A DNA stretch of 64,000 bases, taken from the NCBI RefSeq assembly GCF_018977255.1, contig NW_024704742.1, positions 103,108,001-103,172,000 on the forward strand. The letters run 5' to 3'. Below, one piece after another: positions 13,736 to 27,100 of the stretch. Source of the stretch: Callorhinchus milii. Lineage: Eukaryota. The translations under genes were made by a program, and so were the position numbers. Every line of letters starts with the position of its first letter. The stretch's first letter is position 1. Below the pieces are notes generated by a model. It was not told the DNA's origin. It did no database searches and saw nothing but the letters and a program-made list of their open reading frames with translations.

Positions 13736-14540
13736 TGTGCGCAATTGGTTGCCGCGTTTCGCCCACAAAATATACAGTCAATTCACTTTACAGTATACTC
13801 TATGAAGCGATTTGAGACATCTCAAAGACTTGATAAAACACTATATCAAATGCAAGGATTATTATTATTATATCAGATAAAAGGATTAGTATTATTATTG
13901 TTTTATCTGGTGGATTGTTGGCAGGACAACAGAAGAAACTTTCTTTTCCTTTCAGATTTTGCAATGGGATCTCTAATGTTCACCTGGACAGGCAGATAGG
14001 TTCACGGTTTAATGACTCCAGGTTTTGCTGCAACTTCCACAATGGAGCTTTCTGTCTAATCCCATTCCCTTGCTTTTTCATCTGATCCATTAATGTTATT
14101 TTCCTGAGGTTTTTAATGCCATCATCTATTCCAAGGTGTAGGTGGAAACCATTTGTGGGTGGGTGAACATAAGATCTTTTAAGATCTAAAAATAAATATG
14201 GAAAACAAAGAGTGAATCATTTCTTCTATACAAAACAAACATCAATAAACGGAAATGTAGAACTGGATATAAAATCTAATAACCGCACAAAGTAATAACA
14301 AAAAATCTGCCCACATGTTATGGTCACATTGCTTTGAAAATTAAAATTCATGGTTCTTTCTCACTCCTGTGAAAAAATATCTTTTTATCAACATCCAATA
14401 TTACTGCACGACTGTCAATAGGACATTTGATGGCACCTTTGTTACCTTTCATGCTGTACACAAGCTGGGTTTAAGGATCTCAATAACATTTTCCTCCTAC
14501 ACAGTACTCTTTGTCTTCATATTCCCTCTATTTTGTTCAG

Positions 14541-15014
14541 GCTCAGATAAAACCGACTTGTCAGAAAAGCCTAGGAATTGCAATTTGTATACTGTAACCA
14601 TCTGTGCAAACGCTGTGCTTGGTGATTCTGTTAGATTAAAATAAAAATAGATACCCAGTGGCCCAGCATTGCTGAGGTTGCTAATTTTAGCTCCTATGTC
14701 GAGATATGTATAAAGGAGCAAAATGTCAGCGGGTTGTACTTATAGAAGATAATTCTTCTGATACTCATATGTCTCCAAGCTGATGAGAGATTCATAATGA
14801 AATGAGGAAAACAGGCCAATTTACCCTTTCCTTTAAGGAGGTAGTTGTACATTATGTAGCTGAAAAGGTGCGTGGTCAAGAGATTTATTTATGCCAGATC
14901 AAAGCTGCCGTTAGTGACTACTGATTAGTTTATTGATGGGAAAAAGTGATGTGTCAATAATCTGGTTAACAGTAAATTGCACTCGACACTCCCCCAACCC
15001 CCCGCCACCTGAGA
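14541..15014 (+). pseudogene. Decayed Ig V-like exon, CD300/pIgR-like
   Basis: Strong polypyrimidine acceptor and gtatgg donor; 474 nt, phase 1-1. Motifs NAVLGDSVRL, LCRDMYKGAKCQRVV, KTGQFTLSFKEV, IYLCQI, SIIWLTV. Several stops and compensating frameshifts. Confidence 0.5.
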
Positions 15015-18000
15015 GTATGGATATGCAGGCACCGACTGGTGGTTACATGTAAATCAGGAATGGTTTGCAGACAGATTATTTTCAACGCTTCATTCTTGCA
15101 CTGGATCCTGCAAATTTCAAATTCCTTCAAAAAATTCCCAATTGATGGTAACCTCATTGAATTTCTGCAGAGTAACCTCGGCTGCTTCAGGCACATTTGC
15201 TCCTTATCAATATTCACACGCTTGGCTTTAGTTCAATACATGAAGGGAGCTGCTATTAATATCCAGCATAACCAGGGATTCAGATTAAGAAAAATGTCAG
15301 TCTGACCTCTTAGTCGTCCAGATTGTAATGAGACCACAATTATGAAGTAAGCTAAAAGCCCCACTGAATTTGATTCCTGTTTAAAACAGCATTGCCACAC
15401 AATAACATTCACCCCTCCACTAAACTGCTCACAATTCCTAGAGTTGTTTTTACATATTCGCTACTCTGTGAGCATAAACAAATCTAGTCATTAATCTTGT
15501 TAATTTTATCTTATTTAGTGTAATGTTTTTTAAGTGTCATTATACTAGAGTATAAAATTGTTTCCAATAAAAAGTCTTGATTCAACAACAATAACTTGCG
15601 TTTATATAGCACCCCACATGCATGGTAGCGACCTGGAACGTTTCACTCAAATGTACCTCAATCATTTACGTTGCACATTGTGACAATGCATATACTGAGT
15701 GTCATTTATGTTATGGTACATACATTTACTAAGCATTTAGTTTATCCTTGGGAACACACACTTTACATCGCAATTTAGTATTTCTGCAAAAAATAATGTA
15801 GTAGTGATTGTGGACATTTTCATGTATTTCCGTTCAATGATATTTCAGAATGTCATTTTGAACTAAAAATAACATCCATTAATTGTTTCCCATTGCTCCA
15901 TCCTGAAAGAAACGCTGTTGCTATGTAACCGCTCTTCCTCAACCCAAGCAACAGTCACTGAAATACTGGTACCAGAGCACTCTTTACTGTTCATGAGAGT
16001 TGATTGGGCTACCTTCAACAAAAACAACAATTTACACTTTAAGGTATCCTCCTGTTTCATGTCAGAAGAACACCTCAAAGTGTTTCAGAGAATCGACCGG
16101 AAGCCCAATCATGTGGTGGAGATGGGAGATGGGGGTGCGGGGGAGATGCTGACATGGATGTGGGGAAAGGTGTCCAAATGCACAGTCAAAAAGAAACCTA
16201 CAAGCCAGACCTACCTGACCGAGTTTGTCATGTCCCCCTGGCTCTCTAGTGTCCTGGACCTGATGCTCTAAGTTCCCGCCTGCTGCTCCATTGATCTTGC
16301 TGCACAGCCTGGTTCAGTCAGGTTTACTCATGCAATTTCTTTCCAAATTACAACTTTTGATTAATACAGAATTTAATTAAAAAAACACAGCCAATCTGCC
16401 GCTTCTTTCTTCAGAACAAAATTTTGCTTTAATATAGCGTTTTTCATATCGAGAGGACCACCACAACAACTTGCATTCGCATAATGTCTTTCACACGGGT
16501 AGTGTCTCAGAACGCATAATAATGGCGTATTTTGACACCGAGCCAGGGAGAGAGGGGAGGTGACTGCAGGCATGGTCGAAGACATGCAATCTGAAGACGG
16601 GCAAAAAGGGAGCAAGGCAGAGGGATTGAGGCAGAGGGTTCCAGAGATTCAGGTACAGTGGCTGAAACCACAGCCGTCAAGAGTGAAGCAGAGGAGCTGA
16701 GCTGAGGGGTGGGGTAGAGGAGTGGAATATGAGCAGGTCGGAAATATAGGCAAATGCCAGAACATATCAAAGACTTCACAGAGCCCACTGGGAGCCCAAG
16801 CTGAGGGTGGGAGAAGTTGAGGAATTGTGTGTGGCAGGGGCTTATTCACTGTATTTATAAGTGCAGACCTCGACATAAGGGATATTGGACTTGCTACACA
16901 TGTTATCTTTGCATCAATAAGCTCTCTATAAGCAGTTTGCACTGCACATGATTTATTATTATTGAGCAATCTCTTATAACATTTCATTCAATAATGATGG
17001 GGGAGGGGGTCTCCATCTGTTTTCACTGCAATATGATGCATCGCTGAACTCCAATAAGAGGATAGTCTTTCTTACTCCCATTCCTGACCCAGAGTATTCT
17101 TACATTATTTTTATCTTACTGATTTTTGAGTAAATTAAATCAAAGAAATAATGAGACTGCAGTGACAGGCCATCAATCTGCTCTCCTAACAACATAACAA
17201 ATCTGGCATTTGACGTTAATATAGTTTTGCACCATTAAACAGAGATAATCTAGGACAGGACACAATATCCATTCTTTGCTTTATTTAATTTTTATGTGTT
17301 TCTTGTAATGTGTGCGCAGGGGTTAGCAAAAATGTATTTTCTAGTGCTATCCAACCATTTGTCTATCCAAGAATCTTATTGTGCTAATGCAAAGGTTTAT
17401 CATGCTAACACGCTGATATCTCCCTATTTGTGAGTGGCCCCTTGAGTCTGTCTGTTGCAAACTGGAGCTTTGAGCAGTTTGCAAAGTAGGTTTGTAGAGC
17501 AACAAAGACAAAGCCATCTGAGTTGGAGAGTGAATAGCCTCAGTAACATATTGCTTGTCCGCAACATGACTTACTGACTTACTTGCTCAATTACATACAG
17601 GTGTTTAATTATTGACTTCCTCTTGTCAGATATTGGATTCCTTCCTAAGGAAGCGTCAGAGCCAATCTACAGCAGTGCCCTCAGGGAAATAACTTCTATT
17701 TCCAAACAGACCTGTCTGCTCCCTCCACTCAGCAGACTCTGGGTTACTCCATCTCCCCCGGCCTGCCCTCCCCACCATTGGCGGTCGGACTTTCAGCCTT
17801 TCTGCTCCCACTCTTTGGAACTCTATCCCACAGTCCCTTCACCTCGCCCCTCCCTTGCCTCCGTCAAGGCCCACTTTCAAGACCCTCCTCTTCAACTTTG
17901 CCTTTGGTCACTCCCCTAGCCCTATCTTCCTTGCCTTCCATTGCTCCTAATCCGAATCCCCAGCTCAGGTGCAAATTTTTGACTGTCCAGCGTCTTAGGA

Positions 18001-19694
18001 CGTCGTCATGATGTGAAAGGCGCTTTACAAATGTAATTTGTTGTTGTTGTTGAGTCTCTATTGTATGCTACAACAGAAATGTGGCGATAGTCCACTCTAA
18101 TCAGCTCTAAATATGGGAGGCCAACGGTTCAATCACTATGGAGTCAAACGGAAGAGTCTTATGTCTTCAAATTTGTGTGTTCAAAACCTGCCCACATGAA
18201 ACCCACATGTTTAAAGCAAGGTGTGGAGGCAGAATAAGGCATTATTTTCCTAAATAATTTATGCCAAATACAAGTGTGTGGTGTTCACTATAATTCTTTT
18301 ACAATAGCTATGCCATGTTGGATACGCTCTGCATTGCATCCCCTAAACAGCCATCAATTGAGTTCTGGTGGGTCATGTTAAAATATAGGGACTTCTTTAA
18401 TCATTAATTTCAAGAAACTCTGTTTTATTTTGGGATCCAGTATGCACAGTGGCATTTAGCGATGCCAAAATAAACTCACAACTTTATTACCCATCAAATT
18501 ATAATGCAAAATACATTTAATTATATGATTAACAATCAATCTATCCTTTTAATGAATGGCACCTTTAATTCCCTCATTACACATGCATTAACATATAGTG
18601 TGTAGTACAGCTACTCACTCATAAAAGACCCTCATTATGGCTGTAAAGGGTTGCTCCATTAAAAGCACGCACTGATATACATTCCAAAAGACAGTCACAG
18701 CAGCACTGAGGCCTTGGTAAACTCATACAATCTGAGTTTAACAACAGCTGGGAGGAAAATAACTGTCAGGAGAGTATGAATATTAGCCAGGAGATTATGA
18801 TGGAACGGAAGCTTGCAAGGTTAGTCAGTGTAACGTGCACAGACGCATGCACACCTACTCACCATCCTACACCTACATCTTCACCTTCACCTACACCCAC
18901 ACTTTAATATATTTACACTTTACGTCATCAGTTCCAACACTTAAATAGGAACAAAGCCTGCCATCTTCCAGTGTGCGGTGTGTGCTATCAATCAAGTTCC
19001 ATAACAACACTAGACTCAAACCACTAAACTCACATTGAGAGAAATACTGGAGCTGATTAAAGTCAGTTATGGTCATTCGTTGGATTTTGCTTTACATATG
19101 ATAAATAATTGATGCCATGAAATTGATACTACTGGTGATGCTATATCTTGGAAAGCCAATTTGAAACCTGGTAACATTGGATGGATAACTGAGAACATTG
19201 CTGTACTCTTCCTGACTTTGTCTCTATTCTGATTTAGTTGAGCACCACAGTTAGAGCTGGGAAAATGCTGATTCAAGAACAACAACAAAATTACATTTGA
19301 ATAGTGCCTTTCACGTCAGGAGGACATCCCAAGGTACATTAACGGTTGGGAGTAAGTGTTAATTTTTCCCTCCCTAACCCAAGGCAGAGACCAGCAAACT
19401 CAGCATAGTTGATCGTTATTGGAAATAATAATAATAATAATCGTTGCATTTGATATAGCACCTTATCATGTCTTTGAGACGTCTCAAAGTGTTTCACAGA
19501 ATATACTATAAAGTGAATTGACTGTATATTTTGTGGGCGAAATACAGCAGCCAATTGTGCACAGCAGTATCTCACCAACAGTCGTGGATTGAGTGACCAA
19601 CCCATCACTACTCTTTTTTGTGAAGGAATTAATACTCCAGGAAAAGCTGCAGTGTAAATGGTTCTCTTTATCGAATACCTCCTTACTATTTCAG

Positions 19695-19784
19695 AGCAGG
19701 GGCACTATTTATGCCAATCTGCCCAGTTATGAACTAACCCAGCCACTTGCAAAAAGAGTTGGCCCCAAGCCTCAAAATCACTAA
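19695..19784 (+). CDS. Intact terminal exon, copy 1 ([29 protein letters not shown]), tyrosine-motif cytoplasmic tail of an unidentified receptor
   Basis: ctatttcag acceptor; open to TAA; synonymous-biased divergence from copy 2. Confidence 0.6.
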   Translation, partial: SRGTIYANLPSYELTQPLAKRVGPKPQNH

Positions 19785-20825
19785 CCTGTTATTATTTGCA
19801 TCTCTGCAATATAACATTTAAAAATAATTGCATAACTTATATTTTATATAAAATGTGAACCAGTGAGCTTCTGGTTCAATTGTTTCTATCTATAACTACA
19901 CCATGGGCTTGCACCGTGCCACATCTTTTTTTTAAAGTCAAGCTTTTTATTAGTTCCACTTGCCAGCTCTTTGTCCATATCCATTAATGCATTTACTAAT
20001 CAGTGTCTATCTAGATAACTTTTGACGGATTCTATTGATCCAGCCTGATTAAAAACACAAACATTTTCCAGTGAGTATATATCTAAGTCAGGGTTAACAC
20101 CAAATATGAAAAGTGAAAGAATATTTCACTGATGAACCACCCAGTCGTCCATAAATAGCATACTTGGTCTTTTGCAATATAGTTCCTTCCTGGCGGGCCA
20201 TTGTCTGTCAGCCTGGCTGATGTATGTCAGCCTGGGTCAGTCGGTAGCACTCTTGCCTCTGAGTCAGAAGATTATGAGTTCAAGCACCACATCAGTGCTG
20301 AGAGTGTGCTGTATTGTCAGATGTGCTGTTTTTTAGATGTCTTAAACCAAGATCCCATCTGTCTGTTCTGGCAGACGTTAAAAATCCCTTGGCACTATTT
20401 GAAAAGAGAAGGGAGTTATTCCTGGCCAACAATCCCCTAAATAAAGCAGTTGGTTATTCAATTAATGCTTTTTGCACAATTGCCTCTTGTGTTTGCCTAC
20501 AGTCATTCAGTATATTCTGTGAAACCTTTGAGTCATCCTGCAGAAGTGAAAGACGCTATGTCCAATGTAAGGATTTACGATTCACAACTGAAGGTTCGCT
20601 AATCATCATATGCAGTCAAGAATGGGTGAGTCGGAAAAAACGTATGGTCACCAATTCAGAATGAATAATCAGAATCAGACAGTTCTTTCAAATTAAAATT
20701 CTTACAATTTAAGATTAGATATTTCTTCTAATTCCTCAATAGCATCTTCTAAATCAGAGAGTAGATCATGGGCTGCTCTTTGCTGGAAATGGTTCTCTTT
20801 ATCCAGCACCCCTTTACTATTTCAG

Positions 20826-20915
20826 AGCAGGGCCACTATCTATGCTAATCTCCCCAGTTACGAACTAACACAACCACATGCAAAAATAGTTGGCTCCAAG
20901 CGTCAAACTCATTAA
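20826..20915 (+). CDS. Intact terminal exon, copy 2 ([29 protein letters not shown])
   Basis: Same acceptor, length and stop position as copy 1; 13 differences in 90 nt, 7 of them synonymous. Confidence 0.6.
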   Translation, partial: SRATIYANLPSYELTQPHAKIVGSKRQTH

Positions 20916-21437
20916 CGTTTTTATTATTTGCCTTTCTGCAATATTAGCATTATTTGCCTCTCTGCACGGTTCTCTTCAATTGTGCCTTCAGCTCCCCTCT
21001 CAACTCTCTACCCCCTCCTCGCTCCCTCCCTTCCCTCCCCTCACCCTGACCATTTCCCCCCTGCTCGGGTCCCGACCCAACTGTCCAGCACCTTGGGACG
21101 TCCTCCCGACGTGAAAGGCGCTCTATAAATGAAATCTTGTTGTTGTTGTTGTATTAGATTTTAAAATAACTGCTAACTGCATGTTTTAATATAAAAAAAG
21201 GTCCAGTGGATCAGAGCAGCCTCAGAACAGGTGAGGTGCAGATTTATGCTCATGGCTATGTGACATTGCTGAGTTTCCAATTTCCCTGAAGAGGTGGTAG
21301 CAAGGGGTTGGCTTGATAGGCTGAAAAGTCCTCCCTCAGAGACAGACAGAGAACAGAGGGTGAGCTGTTTTCTGGCTCGCAGTGCACGTCTCAAGAGGAG
21401 CATTGGCAGGGAGCTAGGATTCATGCACTTTCTTTGT

Positions 21438-21648
21438 CATAGAATTATACAGCACAGAAGGAGGCCATTTGGCCCATCGTGTCTGTGCCGGCTCTTTGAA
21501 AAGAGCTATCCAAATCAATCCCACTCCCCTGCGCTCTCCCCATAGCCCTGCAAACTTGTCCTCCCCAAATAATTATCTACTTCTCTCTTAAAAGCTGTTA
21601 TCGAATTGGCTTCCACCAACCTTTCAGGCAATACATTCCAGATCCGAT
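21438..21648 (-). mobile_element. CR1 LINE 3' end
   Basis: Near-identical to 27110-27320. Confidence 0.88.
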
Positions 21649-21716
21649 GGTTGTGTGATTCAGAAAATTGAGAAAAGAGTAGAGAAAATAATCTGGAAAA
21701 TTAGAAGGGTTCATAC

Positions 21717-21921
21717 CATTGGCAGAGGTTATAGGGGGCAAGGAGTGACTGTACCCCTGGCACCTTTAGCTCCCACTCCAGTTCTCTTCCCACCACTCTC
21801 CATGTTGCCTCATACCTTGTACAACCTCGTGAGAGGCAGCGCAGAGAGCAACGGGAAGGTTGCACCACTAATGAGTCTTAAACCATTGCCCCCGCAGTTA
21901 CAAAACGTAGCTCGCCCACTG
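21717..21921. mobile_element. hAT-like MITE
   Basis: Imperfect TIRs CATTGGCAGAGGTTA / TAGCTCGCCCACTG; 8-bp TSD gttcatac / gttcatat. Confidence 0.65.
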
Positions 21922-22025
21922 GTTCATATCCTCAAAAAATATACAAGAAATGATTGTGGTATTTATTGTTGCCTAACTTCCTGTTTTATTGCTTTATACT
22001 ACTGACTCAGTGATAGTAACAATAG

Positions 22026-22272
22026 TAGGGTGATCACATTTTGTAAACCAAATCTTGGGACACATATAAAAAAATTTAACTCACCACAATTCCTGGCGCT
22101 GGCTGTACAGGAGAAGCTTGTTCGATTAATGTTTGTATTTCTCTGATGAGTGTATCTGTTTTAGAATGGTATTGTCCTTGTTCAGTTTGATCCTGAACTA
22201 AAAACAGGGCAAATTTGGGCACGAACCTCATCCGGGGTCTGCCCCGGAAATCAAGGATGTATGGTCACCCTG
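22026..22272. mobile_element. hAT-Blackjack-like MITE
   Basis: TIRs TAGGGTGATCA / TGGTCACCCTG; degenerate 8-bp TSD aacaatag / cacaataa. Confidence 0.65.
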
Positions 22273-25200
22273 CACAATAAACCCTTGGTTTCAAATTATT
22301 CCAATTAAAATTTATAATCCTATTACAGAGCCAATTGATTTCATCTGACAAAACCAACGTGGTTCAGCATCAAAAAGTTTGCCTGATTGTGGTTTCAGTG
22401 CAGCAAATGGAACGAGATTAAAAAGTGTCTGGTTCAAGATTAATTTTTCAGAATTGAAAATTGCAGGTCAATAATACAAGACTGTCCTAGTTATTTCCCA
22501 TGTTCCTGCTTCTTCATCTGATTCCAGGGCATGCCTGAGGATTTTATCACAAATTGGACAGAAAGTTCTGAAAGTATCACAAAGTATCCAAATGTTATGA
22601 CTCAACCTTATATCCTTCAGACCATTAAGAAGTTTATTAATCCCTTAACAGTGTCTCCTCCGTTTTATAAACTAATACAATTGCTTGGTTCAGAGCAAGT
22701 AACATTTATAAAAATGGATGGACAGGACCAGAGAGCAATGCAGTTACACTTCCAAATAGCTCTGCTGGTGTTTACAGTGCCATCTGATTACCCCGACAGC
22801 TCGATTGAGTCATTCACATTACTGAGCAGCAACATATTTATTTGTTTTTAATATAGATGTACAATTTTGACTTGGATTTCAAAATACCTTGTAAAAGCTT
22901 CAATGGAAAATAGAAAACTGAATCATGGAGGTTAGAAAATCATTCACCAAATGGCCTTGAGCAAGTTTTGAGTAAACTGAAAAACAAAGAAACAGTAACT
23001 TTAGTGAGTTTTTTTCCCTTCATAATAATAATAATAATTTCCAATCATTCAGCATTTCTCTGCTTCTCTGGTGCATTTGATGCTACTGGTCTTTTTTTTT
23101 ACCTAACAATTACTTTTCTGTATGGTTTCCTACAATTCTTTGAGGAGATAATGTCCAGATAAAAAATGGTCATTCACTTCATGGCTGCTTATGAGACATT
23201 ATTATGTGCAGATTGTCTGCCACGCCCGTTTATGAATACAAAGTCACCATAGTTTACAATAAAATCCTTTGGAGTGCCGTGAGACGTTTTGACGACTTGA
23301 TAAGGCCCTATATCAAATGCAAGGATTGTTGTTATAATTAAGTGGATGTTGGGAGAAATCCAATGGAGATAATTTACTTGCCTTTCCAAAGGCGATTGAT
23401 GAGATCTAAATGTGAGACGTTTAAAGATGATTAAAACTCATAGAATCAATGACAAATTCTTGTAGCTAATTGGGTTGAAAACAGGCTTAGCAACTAGCTT
23501 ATAAGCATGAGTAAAGATTCCAAAGATCTGTGTTCCTTACTGTTCCTGAGAAGGAGGCTGAATCTGACATTGGAAGGGAAGAATATTAGGGAGGTTTTGC
23601 TGGATTTACTTTCAGATTAGAGAGTATCTATGCAGAGTTTTCACTAATTGATGCGGTGGAGTCTCTGACATTCCATGATCTATGAATGTATGATCTGTGT
23701 GGGCTATGGAGAGAGTGGGCTTTTTGATGAAATGTCATCAATCACTCCATGCTTTCTTATCCTATTCTTTTATAGGATTCATTTTATATGTTCAAATTCA
23801 AACAATCATGGAAGGTAAAGTGACTTAAGAGTGTTTGCAGAAAAAGTGCTAATTTATAACATGTGAGTTTTTTAGGGCTAATTTGTGTAAATTTCCTACT
23901 TTGTTCTTTAACTATATAATAATATAATAATAACCTTGCATTTGATATAGCACTTTTCACGTCTTCTCGATGTCTCAAAGTGCTTCACAGAATAGACTGT
24001 AAAGTGAATTGACTGCATATTTGTGGGCGAAACGCAGCAGCCAATTTTGCACATCAGTGTCCCACAAACAGTCGTGGATTAAAAATGACCTATTTATTAT
24101 TGTTTTGTTTTGGAGGGATTATTATCAGGCGTGTGGAGTAAGGAAACTTGCCCAAGGTTTCGCATTGCCTGGAATTGAACCCAGGTGTCTCGCTTGCAAG
24201 GCAAGTGCTCTAACCACTGAGCTACAGGACTCCACAACTAAACTCATATTCCACATGTCTGGTGTCTTTAGTAGAGAAGACAAATGCACAACCTTCTCCC
24301 AGAGCAATGCCAATAGCCCCTACAACAGGGAGATTCCAGGAATTGGCATAATTCATAGGGAAAATGCCAGTCTCCAATTGGGGTGAAAACATTTTTTTTT
24401 AGTGATCAGGGAAAGATAGAGTGGAGTGATCATCATTACAGCACAAATAAATACTGTACATGTTCCCAATATTTTGAGGTTATTTAAATTTTAATTTGAG
24501 TAACCTTTACCTTAATTTATCTGCATTTCACAATGTGTCCATATCACATTTAATGGAGCATACACTTTCTTGGTTCTCAGCTATTTTAAAGGGAAAGAGT
24601 ATAAAAGCGTGGGGAAAGAGCATAACATATTTAGAAGAGATAGCACCAGTTGGGAGTTAACTTATCGCATACACAAATGGCTTTCTTCTGCACTGTAATT
24701 TCTATGACATATTTCTGTAGTCTTTCTTCCAGTCTGCCTCTGTAAGATGCTCCCTCTAATGGCCTGGCTGAGAGCTAGCAGAACTAATTCAATTCACCTG
24801 GGATCTTTTACACATTTATTTAATCACAACACATTCAGGCATGAGCAGCATATGATAAATGTGCACAACACAGCTGTTCTGGCATTGGATGTAAAATACT
24901 GTATGCCTGGGAGTTAGCTGGAAAGCAGGGGAGAGGGGAAAATGAAAAAGGAGGATAGAAATCAGAATACTGACGACAAAATAACAACAACAACTTACAT
25001 TTATATAGCACCCTCCACGCAGGGTAGCGTCTCAGATAAGCAATCATCACTTTAATTCAAAATATTCATCTCCCTCTCTCCACACCTTTTCTTCACCACC
25101 CTTCCCCCCAAGCAGCACTCTCATTGCAAAACTGAACTGTTGAATTTATGACAAACCTGAGCTGCAGATAATTCAAGTTTTTCAACTTTCTCTACCACAA

Positions 25201-27100
25201 ATATAAACAGAAGACTCGCAATGCAATGGGACTCATGCAATCTGATCACAACAAACTGCAGGAGTACAATGGGAAGTATGGAACAACAAAAAACTCCATA
25301 CCTTTTTAGGAGCATTGTTCCTTTCCTGCATGTATTTTATATCCCATCAATAAAAACACCCACATCATGGATTTGGGTACAAGTTTTACTTTATCACCAA
25401 GGATTATTATATTATAGTCCAGCCTGATGCTCCAGTAGGGAGTGGCTACATCGACAGAGGTGCCATCCTTTGCTATTAAATTGAGGTCCTCTCTGGTTGA
25501 TCTTCAGTGGAACACCAAACTATTAACAATAATAATTCTTGCAAACTATTCAAAAAAAAGCACTTCTCCTTTTTTCCTCCCCAACCCTGTTTAAAGAAAT
25601 ACTTCCTAGTGTCTGATGAAAATTGTCCTCTATAACCCTAAACCTGCGATCTCTTGCCTTGGCATATCTGAAAGTTTTGATTGTCTTTATTTTCTGAACC
25701 CTATTTAACATTTTACATAACTCAACATGGTCCCCTCTAAGACATCTCTTCATGACTGAAGCGACCCAGTTTATCTGGTCATCCCTCTGGAGATCAGACT
25801 CATTGCTTTCTGTGCATGGAATGCAAAGGAGAATGAGCAATGCAGAATGTCTGCTCCAATAACATCCCACAGCTGAGCAGGCCCCCATACACATTGGTCT
25901 GTCAAGGGCCACAGCTGAAGGGGAAGTGGGTTGTAAATGACCCCTGCAATATATCACAAATACCCTGGTCTTGATTACAGAATTCATTCTATAAACAGGA
26001 ATTCCAATCTGGAAAGGGCAAAGGATTTTGTGAAATGTTAATCCTGGTCCACCTATAAAAAGCAATTAACTTTAGGAAGAACTATGCTCTATGTAAAGCT
26101 TCCTCCTCCCTTTTGGGTGTCCTATGCATCTTCTCAACAGACTGAAAAAAAACTACTGCTAAGGATTACCAATCATACCATACTAAGGAATTTGTTTCAC
26201 TATTGCCAAAAAGGATTCCTATGGGTGGCTTACTTGCAGCATTTTAAATGTTCAGAGTAATTAAAGTGTTTTAAAACATTTTTAAACAGTTTACAGCCAG
26301 TAAAGGTTGCTATAAGCAGAAAACAGAGCACCAGATCAATCTTTAATCACTGAAACTATAAATGGAATCGATAGTGCCAGCAGACACATTCCATGGTGAT
26401 CCCGACACCACTGGGACCCAACCATTGAAAAGATTCCACTACTAACATCCACATGAAGATGCCTGGGCTCAAAGTGATTTTGCCTGAAAAGTACTGTTTA
26501 TATACAGACAGCTGTGCCAGACATATTAATGGGTAGGTGCTTGATATTCTACAAGTTCACTGTGATGTTAAAATGTTGGGAGGCTTTGTGCAATACAATG
26601 CTCTCAAATTGCATAAAAATAGAAAAGTTGTATGTTATTATTGAAAAACAGTCAAAACAGAGGCATGGAGAGCCCTCCTTAATCTAGATTTGTGTGTTAA
26701 AGAAGTGACACGAAGGTTATCTCTCACCAAGGCACCACAATGCTGAATTTAGAGCAGGCTATTTTAAGACCATAAAGCAGATCACCTACAAGAAGCCCAA
26801 CAGAATCACCCACTCCACGTGAGATTCAGCTAATGTCATACTCACAGTAGCAACACAGGACAAAATAATCCCCAAAATTCAGAATCGCACATTTCACGAT
26901 GGGAGGACATGTCTAAGAGCTTCACATAGCTGAATGAGATGCTGAGTGGGAGAGAGAGAAAGAGAAGGTGGCCAAAAGCAATCGAAAAGATAGGCCTCCG
27001 GGTAGATTTTAAGACAGGGAGGGGCACTTTGGAGGACTTCTGGGATCGAGTTCCAGAGAGTGGAGGCAAAATGGCTGGTGAAGCAGATTTGGTGGAGCCT

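Noticed and set aside
22531..22851. 106-aa plus-strand ORF
   Set aside because: No recognisable motif; possibly the antisense shadow of a decayed minus-strand exon.
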